Assembly (NCBI GenBank): GCA_903813345.2
Contig: CAIIXF020000001.1
Location: 22,940,001-23,004,000, forward strand
Direction: 5' to 3'
DNA from: Owenia fusiformis
Taxonomy: Eukaryota
Length of the DNA stretch: 64,000 nt
Program-made: the position numbers and the translations under genes
The notes under the pieces: model-generated
Databases searched by the model: none
The model's input: only the letters and a program-made list of their open reading frames with translations
Told to the model about the DNA's origin: nothing
Shown: in pieces, positions 54,401 to 64,000 of the stretch
Numbering within the stretch: the stretch's first letter is position 1
Layout: every line of letters starts with the position of its first letter

Positions 54401-57400
54401 ATATATATCTCTAAAGCCCCTGAAGGAATTACTTATTCCTTTAAAGGGTTTATTTGTGTGTCAAAACGCAACATATTGATGCAAATAGAAATTGAAAAAG
54501 CAGGGTAGGAAGAAGTTCGAAATCAGGACAGCATTTCAGAAAAAAACATGTGGGTGGGTTGTTTGCATCCATACCATACCATATACCGTTCATAGTAGAT
54601 CTAGACAATGTGTGTTTTTAAGTCTACAATTTGCTGTAGAGGGGGGTGCTGTTGTTTTTTGACACCCTGTACAGTGTAGACTATAGCTATTCGTACTGGA
54701 AGAATTATTTCGCCAAATAGACATTTCCCATGGTTTATCTAAATTGATTATTCTTTCTTTAATAGTACCTAATCCATTATGTTCTTATTACAGGCAGCTT
54801 GGGGCGGAGGTGCTCTGTTGTCCGAACGTTATCGCCATCTTTTCAACGGAGTAGAGAGGTACACATATATGTAAAAATATCTAATAATTCTATAATTTTA
54901 AGCATTCGTATGGGACAACTCCATCTTTAAGACATTCCTGAAAAAGCAATATGCTCTATCATCGAATATTGTTCAAAATGGAATAATGATAATCTGTTTT
55001 TATAACTGAACCGCCATCCTGTCCTTGAATGATTTCATAAACTATGCTATTATGATAGTTTTTCTTTGTACCTTTGCATATTCCTATATCCTAAATACCA
55101 TTTCTTTAGATGTGATTCCATAACATGGAATCCTCATAAAATGATGGGAGTTACTCTGCAGTGTTCAGCTATTCTACTAAAGGAGAAGGTATCTTTGATT
55201 GAAACCATATGTATTTATGCTGTCACCATTGCACATAAATTATACAATTACACATACATATCACCATTGCGCATACGTGCCACAATTATCAATGCATGTC
55301 ACCATTGTACGTTAATGTCAATATTACACATGTTTCACCATGGCAACCATTACACATGCATTCATGTCAGTATTACTCTACATGTCACCATTACCCATAG
55401 ATGTCACTATTACGCAAATATATTGCAATTACATGTATATGGCACTTTTATGCACACATCATGTCACCATTACACACACGTGTCACTATTATACATGTAT
55501 GTCACCATTACACACACACGTCACATTTACACGTACGTCTTTCATGTCACCACTTCAGATACTTGCCACTATCATGTGTACGAGTCGCAGTTACACGTGG
55601 ATGCTCACCATAGCACATTCATGTCACCAGTATATTCACATGTCACAAATACATTCACATGTCACCACTACATTCACACACACACCCGGGCTGTTTTACA
55701 CAATCTTCTATCCTATAGCTTTAGTGCAACTTCAATAATTCCGCTTCCCACATTTTTAATAATGACCTCTAATAAGGTGACATGAGGTAGTCAAAGAGCT
55801 TTAGAATGCAAACCTTGGCTTTCAGGATCTCAACTGAGTAATTCAGAACTGTTTTTAGTTCCGATGATGCCCTTTAAAGGCGACCTCAGTCTAAAATGTG
55901 GAATGACCTTACATGACCCAAAAATGAGTCTCCAAATTCAAAAAGTAGTTCAAATTCATAGTAGTTATTGACCAGCCAAACGACCTTTATTGTCACATTA
56001 GACTTCGAATGTCGTTTTGGTCGACACATAGGGATCGAAACCAGCCATAGTTTTCTCTTCATGAAATATTGTGCTTTATGGATTATGATGTTGGCTTTGA
56101 GGATAGATGTTGACCCTTTGTTGACCCGTCTGTGGATTTGGGATAGGATTTTATTTGTCCCACATCATTTGAGACAGGGTGCTCTATCTTGTATTTGAAT
56201 ACTACATGTAGATATAGTATGTACAACTATTTTTGATGTCATGAATATTGGTTATCAATTTAAATTCATTCTTCAACATGTAATGACTTCAGTAAGAATG
56301 AAATGTCTCTTTTTATGGCCCTTTATTGATTGTGATAATGGTGGGGGAGGGGTATTCCCGGGGGTATGAGACATTAACCCTAGTTACTCTAGCAGTAAGG
56401 AGCAGTGTGAAGCCTGAACATACAAAGTCCATTTAGGAAAAAATATTCCAAGCTTAAGCAAAATAATGTACATGCGCTCGAACTGTGAATGTATGTTATC
56501 ATTAGGATTTAATGGATTCGAGTTGTAGAATCATAAAGTCTTATATGTTCAACTTCTTCAGGTTGTAAATTTTTGATACATTGAGTAGTTTTTCAAATAT
56601 TAAATGGTAAAATTTTAAATAAAACTTGGCCATTAACAAGTTCACATACACATTTGTGTTCTAATCAAGTCATAGACAATTTCTGGTTTTAGATGTTGTA
56701 CTTTTTGTATGTTTAAAACAGTATGCTAATTTCGAACTTGCTACAACAAACAGATTTCCAACTAGATAAATGGACTGCATGTGAATTAAATTGAATGAGT
56801 GATTAATCGATTGATTTATTCTCAATAAATTGATTGATTGCTCGGTTCCATGTATCAGTCGATTCATGCATGAATGGTGCCACAATATTCACAAGTTCTT
56901 TTTTTGTACCGTGCACACTCTAAGGGCAGACTCAGTTACATGGAACCCTCACAAGATGATGGGTGCCATGCTCCAGTGCTCCGCCATTTTGTTAAAACAC
57001 AAGGTAAAATATCGTAAGTCTTGTGATCAGTTTTGATAAAACCAAGTCGCTTGTGTCATTCTGTGATGTATTCCCCATCATGTCGTTCGCATTATGATTT
57101 ATATTCACAACTGATTTCCCATCGCATCTTTTATCGCATAATTTTATTTATGAATTGAAAACACAGTACTTTTACGATATTTTTCCTTGTTTTGCGTTTG
57201 TTATATTCCTCTGCTATTTTATTCTTTAATGCGTTGCACGGTTTATATGTATATGTTTATATGTTTTAGTTGTTTTTAGCATTATGTAGTCAAACAAAGG
57301 GGCAGCAAAGACTAGAGACCTCCTAACTTTCTAGAAACTGTCACATTTTTACAATGCATTTTGCTCACAATATTCTCTTTCGTGCCTTTTTTCTCAGTTT

Positions 57401-59862
57401 TAACCCTTTCTCATGGTAATCGTTTATTTAAAGATATTTGGCCTTCACTCTAAAGGTGAATTCTATGCCTTCTACTTGTGATCAGATAACTATTAAGGCT
57501 GTAAGAGAAACATCGCCATGTATTTTTAAAATATCCCATCCAACATTTTAGACTCTATTCTTTGATGCTGCTTTAACCCTAGTTTAAGTGCCCCATGTAT
57601 AGCCACAAAACTTTGTGTAGGCAAGATCCACTACCTCAATCATCCCATTCTATAAATTCCATAATACTTCTATATATAAACATTCATATATCTGAAATGA
57701 GATGGAAATCAAAAGTATCAATACAAAAATACTCGTTTTTATAATTCTTTTAAAAGCTTTTTACAAAAAAACTAATTTTTATAATTCTTATAAAAGCTAC
57801 AAAAATACTTTTTTATAATTCTTATCTTAAAAAGCTACAAGAATACTTATTTTTATAATTCTCATAAAAGCTATAGAAAAAGTGATGAATAAAAGTTACT
57901 TATAATGTCTTAATGTATTAAGTAGAGTCTGTTTCCCTTGTTGAATACATTAACGTCTACTATACTTAGCGACTCCGTTTTAACACTTTCAAAATGCTTT
58001 TAGGACATTCTGAAGAATTGTAATTCCATGTGCGCAGACTACCTATACCAACAAGACAAGCACTATGATGTTGTTTACGATACTGGAGATAAAGCGATAC
58101 AATGTGGACGACACAACGACATCTTCAAGCTGTGGCTAATGTGGAGAGCAAAGGTATTGAGACGGTTTGCCCACCTTAAACAATGCTTCTTTCGATATTA
58201 CATCATTCTGATACTCATCACATCTTTCTGTGTTCATCTAGAAAGAAGCTGATAGACACCTGTGATTTTACATGATGATATTACATAGTCTAGATACATC
58301 AGACTTGCACACAAGTGTGAGAAGGTGTTTAGGCAAGTAGTCGAGGGTTCACAGAGGCTTGTAGCTAGACTACTAGATGTGCAGTCATATTTTTGAACAC
58401 CCTGAAGATGAAGGCTATGTATTATGGATATGTTTAAAGGCCCCATATAAAGTTTAAACCACATCGTAATAGTTAATAACTTTCACAGTCATGAAACATA
58501 ATAGTAAATGTATGATGAAAACCTTTTTTTTCAAACTTTGCATGGGGCCTTTAACAGAGGTATACAATTTTCAATCCAACCATGTTAAAGGATTTAAAGG
58601 ATAATTTAAACGGGTTATCTGTCATTTTGATTAATTATGTGATGATTCTATTGTTTTAGGGCGATAAAGGACTTGAGTCTCAGATAAACAGAGTTTTTGA
58701 GCTTGCAAAGTAAGTAGACTTGAACAGGGTCTCCAGAAAAGATCGTCCCTTGATTAAACGCTATAATGACTTTCTAGACACTCTTAACTCACAGTATATA
58801 GGATTAGAATTATGATCACATTATTGAAAAGTATAACTTGTAAGTATAAGATGCAATTTTGATAAATAACAGTGTTGTATATTCCATATTCTAATACAAT
58901 TTCTTAAAATTATTAGGTATTTAACAGAAAAGATACGAGAAAGGCCTGGATTTATGATGGTGATGGATGAGGTACATTTTAAGATATATCATGGTTGTAG
59001 CCAGCCATGAGGCAGGCGAGACATTTGCCTCTCCAAAATTTGGTAGAAAACATTTATGTAACCTTTTTTCAATTGAAATCCTGTCAATGAAAAATGATAG
59101 TATCGTACAATGTATATTACGTTTAACAATTTTACACCACTTTTTTCTCGCATTGCCCATTTCTTGATCCTTGTTACACCCCTGTATACTGGCGGACTTA
59201 AACGCAGTAATCAATGAATTGTGGGTTGCATAATGCTCTAGTTTTCTTTATGCTTATAAAAACGAGGTCTTTAAACGAGCTCCTAGCCATTAAGTGTGAT
59301 TAATAGTTATTTATCAAATGGAAAGCTCTTTTGGTAGCATTTATTTCTGTAATAAGCACGAAATGAAGTGTGTTTTAATGTTTTCAGCCGGAATATACAA
59401 ACGTATGCTTCTGGTATGTGCCATCAAAGATCCGGCATTTGGAACAAGGGAAAGAAAGGGATGACGAATTGTCCAAGGTAGGGCCGGATTGAAAATATTT
59501 TTCAGGATAATAATTGTCTAAAGATTATTTTAGAAACGCAATTTTGGATAATCAAATGGGCTAGACGAGGCCAGACTCGACAGACGTGAACAAAGCATTG
59601 ATCTTTTAGTAAACGTAAGATTATTATCATGTCTACCTGAATTTCAATGCATTTACAATACCATTGCATTGATTGAACATACTTTCAGGTGGCTCCTCGT
59701 ATAAAGTCGATGATGATGGAAGGTGGATCTACGCTTGTGGGATACCAGCCACTAGGAAAGAAACCAAACTTTTTCAGAATGGTAATCAGCAATCCTGCAG
59801 CAACTAAGGAGGACATCGATTTTCTATTAGAGGAAGTTGAACGTTTGGGTGAAGAAATATAA
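42450..59862 (+). CDS. GAD: Glutamate decarboxylase (PLP-dependent group II decarboxylase), 581 aa with either exon 9 variant
   Basis: Phase-consistent exons 42450-42726, 47722-47961, 51154-51244, 52013-52119, 52435-52550, 53132-53211, 53754-53925, 54794-54858, [55110-55188 or 56925-57003], 58004-58153, 58660-58709, 58917-58971, 59388-59477, 59689-59862. Motifs [29 protein letters not shown] (GAD-type rather than CSAD/GADL1-type residues), [39 protein letters not shown]. Confidence 0.95.
42930..43430. mobile_element. Inverted copy of the 2280-2830 element, in GAD intron 1
   Basis: Reverse-complement match to 2400-2810. Confidence 0.7.
45961..46653. mobile_element. Whole-length palindromic non-autonomous element (Kolobok-like AGG termini, tentative)
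   Basis: AGGAGTGGTATCGATATGGAGAACT / AGTTCTCCATATCGATACCAATCCT; inner arms ~46140-46250 and ~46315-46430 are also mirrored. Confidence 0.7.
48542..49049. mobile_element. PIF/Harbinger-like MITE (TAA TSD) in GAD intron 2
   Basis: TAA|AGCCCGGTATACACCAATGGGGCAA…TTGCCCCATTGGTGTATACCGGGCT|TAA; core of GTCCCA/TGGGAC 11-mers. Confidence 0.88.
49100..49675. repeat. 101-bp tandem repeat, ~6 copies (one with a 22-bp deletion)
   Basis: Unit TCAGAATATTTTCTGATTG…CAGACCCTTCTCGATTTCCAA starts at 49201, 49381, 49482 and 49583. Confidence 0.92.
51255..51715. repeat. ~25-bp minisatellite at the start of GAD intron 3
   Basis: (TGCGAACGTATATGTTACAACAT(GT/AA))n. Confidence 0.9.
55110..55188 (+). CDS. GAD: GAD alternative exon 9a (PLP-lysine exon): [26 protein letters not shown]
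   Basis: tttctttag|ATGTGAT…GAGAAG|gtatct; 79 nt; phase 2 in, phase 0 out. Confidence 0.9.
55220..55685. repeat. Degenerate ~20-bp ATGTCACCATTACAC minisatellite just downstream of GAD exon 9a
   Basis: Repeated (A)TGTCACCATT/TGTCACTATT units; source of the His/Thr-rich spurious ORFs. Confidence 0.85.
56925..57003 (+). CDS. GAD: GAD alternative exon 9b (PLP-lysine exon): [26 protein letters not shown]
   Basis: cactctaag|GGCAGAC…CACAAG|gtaaaa; 79 nt; same phases as 9a. Confidence 0.85.
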
Positions 59863-61851
59863 GGCGATGATTCTGAATAAGCGGTGTCAGAGTAGATCAG
59901 ACACGTGACATATTGTTTTTAAGCTTACATGATTGGATGAGGATATATTGCGTTTGAGTAGATCGGACAATGCAAGTGACATCTCCTATTACATGATTGG
60001 ATGAGGAACTGCTGAATCAGATTAGATCTGATCATGTGACATTTAGTACGTTCGAAAGGTTCCGAATTTGCTGTGTCAGAATATATCGGATCACGTATAA
60101 ATTGTATATCGTCATTACCGTAGTTTTTGCAGAGATATATAGGGTTTGTTCCGAATCTTCTTTTTCAGAGTAGATCAGATCACGTTAAATATAATAGTTA
60201 TAATTATGGTTGGGTGAATCGATGTTTCCTATTCAAGGGGTTGTCTAATACCCGGGACTTATTTTTGTGTACCAAACGAGACAAAACGACATCCGGGGCT
60301 TAGTATCTCCCTCATTAGACTTGTTCCTATTGGTCGATAGATTGGTCGTATTACGTTCTCCCTTGGATTATCTAAGATGTAGATCAAACCTTGATCTTGA
60401 TTCGAAAACTTCTAAGTTCAGATCATGTCAAGTGACGATACAACTATATTCAACTATATGCAGACACCAGTATAGTGCAGTAGACAATACTAAGTACATA
60501 TTGTATATATATAGTGTTATTTAAACAAAATATATAAATGAATATGAATATAATATGTGTTGAGCACGAAATTCATGTTTGTGAAGGTTGCCTTTGGGAT
60601 GAGCTCTATGCCATTTAGACCAAAGACTATTTGTAAATGTGAGAAATATATATCTAAATTATTTTTTGTTTATTTTGCAACGGAAGTAATATTTGAAATT
60701 TGACATGCCAAACATGCCAAAGAATAAAGTATGTAATGCAATGTAATATCTATAACACTGATCTACACTCTCCTCCATAAGTTTGGTAATCCCGATTCCT
60801 CTATTAATTCAAACTTACACAGGGGAGTGTATTGTATATCTATTATGCATTCGAATCATTTGAACTGGTTAAACTACATACTTATCCATAGTGTAGGTGC
60901 AATAGAAATACTGTACTATAACCTTTCTCATTTAAAGTCCGAACGTGTTTTTTCTTTTTTTGAAAGCGGCATAACAAATAAGCAGATGTTTAGAGGGAAT
61001 GCCAGATTCATTATATATTGCAGTAATAATTAACGTTAATTAGAATACATGTTGGAATATGAGATAAAATAGAATAAAGAAATTAGATGAAACATACATT
61101 TATTTCTGTTTTATCAGTATGTAGAATTTTTTTCTATATTCTCAGGCCCAATTGTTTACAAATCAATAACAATATACGTACATAATTCCAAAACACATTA
61201 TATACTTGTTCTGGATTCATTACAATTGCATAAAGATTGTAAATCAATTAATTTCAAAACTCAAATTAGCCACTTCAAAAACTGGTGTCCAGGTGAATGG
61301 CAAGTTCATACTTCAAAACAAAGGACAATATATTTAAAGCTGGGCTGTATAGGGTGACTCAAAAGTCGTTACCCTCTACTTTTGGAATACCTTTCTCAAT
61401 TATGATGGACTTTTCGTGAATGATTTTGCGTAGGTAGAGTGTTCAATGCATGAAACGTTTGTGTATTTACATAGCATTCATGATTTGTAGATATGAATAT
61501 ATCATGTTTTCTGAGGAGGTATGCCCTGACGCCAAATCACTCAAAAATGTTTGTGTTTCTTATTTAACTAATAACCAAATCAGTACATCATATTTCGCAA
61601 CATGAATTTAGAAAACTGGGTAGATGTGACATATATTGATAATGTAACCAGCTGAATGTACCAAAAGCCATCCAGAAATTACTTAAATAATGGCGAAGAT
61701 AGATATCCCAATTTTAAGCATACTTGAAGGGAACACCCAATCACTCTAAATTTAAAATCATAGATGCAATAGAAGTACATTCTGATACTCAAACCATCTT
61801 TCTGTTTCACTTGAAACATCTCAGGGCTGAGAAGAAATGAGATGTCATGGG

Positions 61852-62063
61852 TTGTTTTCTCCATCTCCACAAAAAATGTAACTAAGATTCCATCATAACC
61901 TAGAGTGTAATACCTCTCCCCCCGCCCCCCCAAAAAAAGAAGTTGAGCAACCTTTGGATAAATTGTTTTCTCCATCTCCACAAAAATGTAACTAAGATTC
62001 CATCATAACCTAGAGTGTAATACCCCCACCGCCCCCCCCAAAAAAAAAGAATTTGAGCAACCT
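61852..62063. repeat. Tandem duplication of a ~111-bp unit
   Basis: TTGTTTTCTCCATCTCCACAAAAA…GAGTGTAATACC…CCCCAAAAAAAAGAA.TTGAGCAACCT occurs twice. Confidence 0.85.
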
Positions 62064-64000
62064 AGATTTGAATTTCCTCCTCGACAACATTAATGTGATA
62101 ACTTCTTTTTGAAAATGTCAATATAAAGTTTTCAGAATGTGATCTAACAGAGTTACTTGAAGGCAGAATCAGTTCTATAGGGGGTAACATAATTGCATGC
62201 TTCGTGTGCAATTGATCTACTAGCAGTATATTCCTAACGATATCAAATATAATATCTCCCAAAATCCGCGATATGTTATAAATTGATGGTAAGGTTATTT
62301 GAGATTCAAAGTGCAAAAATGGGAACATTTTTTAAATTCTCCCGAAAGATAAATTTGATAGCCACGTTTATAAAAAAGAATACAATTATTGTAAGGATCT
62401 GTAGTTTTCTTAAAGTAAAGTATGTATATTTTTAAAACAGACTTGACAATGTGATATGAGCTAAAAATATTCTAAAACTGAAACAATATTTTGTTACGGT
62501 TACTTGCTAGATTTGATACTCCCTTTAAGCTCCCATCTTGGAACCTTAAATTCAATATGGCAGCTCCCCGTATATTTATCCCATTTTCAAGATGCCAAAA
62601 ACATGTTATATCAATAGTCAATGCAAGCTTTTTGAAATTGGAATAACCCATAATTAGTGTACAAACTCACTAAATGGTCCGATTACATTTCCGCATTTAA
62701 GTTACTCTTGGTCGTTTGGTAAAGAAAAAAAGGAATTGACGTTTTGGTAACCAGTAATAAAAAATGAAAGGACTGTGGAATGTGTAATTAAATATATAAT
62801 TTATATGAACGAAATACACTCCTTGAAGATACCTACATTGAACATTGTACATTTACAGTTCGAACCCAGGACCTAACTATTCAGGTGTTTTCGTTGTTCG
62901 ATGTAAACATGACGTCCCCATCGGCGTGTGAATCTCAACTTTTAAGCTTGCTGTTGATTTAGATCATTCCTTAACTCATAAACAAATTCATTAGCATTAA
63001 AACAAACATTAAAAGATGAAGGTTAAAAGTGACGGAAAGGCAAATGTATTAATCCTTAAATCTACCATCCCATTTGGCAAATATAATACGGGCTGTTCGG
63101 AAGCAAGAATCGGAAAGATCTTATAAGATATATTAACATGAACATGTTGGTTAGATAGTTTGCTTGACAAAAACATTTTACGAGGATTTAAGAATTAAAC
63201 CTCAGTGTTAAATATAAAGTTAAATTCAAATAACTACATTTTCCTTAGGTCATCCTCTGAAGTCAATCTGGATCATTGACTCCTGGGATATTTTGGTTAT
63301 GACATGTACGTGTTACAAAACCAACGATCGCGTCATCTATTTTATTAGGGATTAAAAGAGAATTAAATATAAATCAGTTATAAATCTATCTGAACAGAAA
63401 ACCTACATTCCGTCCAACATCAACAAAACAGCCAATCAGCGCCGTATCATACGTATGGACAAGATTTTAGTGTCTTAAAATTTATAATTAGGCAAGGAAG
63501 GTCTTGTTCTGGACAGTTTCAATCATTACTTGGACAGTGACACACACACTTACAGAATTAGTTTTTAGAGTCCGATTCAAACTAGAACAGAAGGACGAAC
63601 AGACGATCACATAACTTTGGTGAAGGTAAGTGTAGTATAACAATTAACTAATGACATAATAATGTGAATAGTTTTTCTCCTAAAATTGAGGAATGTCAAG
63701 TGTTCGACTACACTGAACAACACATTTACCCGAATATATTGGTGTTATTCAGCGTTTTCAAAATTTCAACCCTCACAACGAAGAGCTGTAGATAACTGTA
63801 TCGGCTAGTGTAACGACATTTTAAAATGGCACAAAAGCTGAGAAACCTTTCAAGTGCATGCATTGTTAGCTAGTTTTCATTTAACTAGAAGAAGTCATAT
63901 TATTAAAAAATAGGTCCCTTGTCTAAATATAGAAATTATATCAAAAAACATATTTTCGAAACAGTGTATTCACTTTTTATTACACGAAAAATGAGTTCCT

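Noticed and set aside
55066-55785. 239-aa His/Thr-rich ORF as a metal-binding protein or alternative GAD C-terminus
   Set aside because: It is exon 9a reading through its donor into a stop-poor minisatellite that is open in several frames; intron retention would truncate GAD.
42450-59862. Calling the decarboxylase CSAD/GADL1/aspartate decarboxylase
   Set aside because: NQLS and TANTNMFTYE match GAD-type substrate-pocket residues, not the NQLF/Y and xSxYTYE types.
63425-63632. CCAAT box plus strong donor (GAAG|GTAAGT at ~63625) as the first exon of a next gene
   Set aside because: No coding evidence within the window; cannot be supported without transcripts.

Overview
AT-rich, intron-rich animal genomic DNA (invertebrate, plausibly a spiralian; the taxon cannot be fixed from sequence alone). 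I reconstructed four spliced protein-coding genes by hand, with splice phases consistent throughout: (1) a partial minus-strand gene encoding a PAN/apple-like plus C-type lectin domain protein, running off the left edge; (2) PAIP1 (minus, 10 coding exons, 462 aa); (3) BRIX1 (plus, 9 coding exons, 294 aa), head-to-head with PAIP1 across 342 bp; (4) a glutamate decarboxylase, GAD (plus, 14 coding exon positions, 581 aa). The standout feature is in GAD. The 79-nt exon carrying the PLP-binding lysine (WNPHK) occurs twice in tandem (55110-55188 and 56925-57003). Both copies have intact splice sites, the same phase and mostly synonymous divergence, which points to a mutually exclusive active-site exon pair, with Nova-type and Rbfox-type motifs between the copies. 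The rest of the window is dense with MITEs and non-autonomous DNA transposons (Tc1/mariner, PIF/Harbinger-like, foldback-like, nested), CR1-type LINE fragments and intronic minisatellites, some of which were copied from splice junctions. No rRNA, tRNA or CRISPR array was found.
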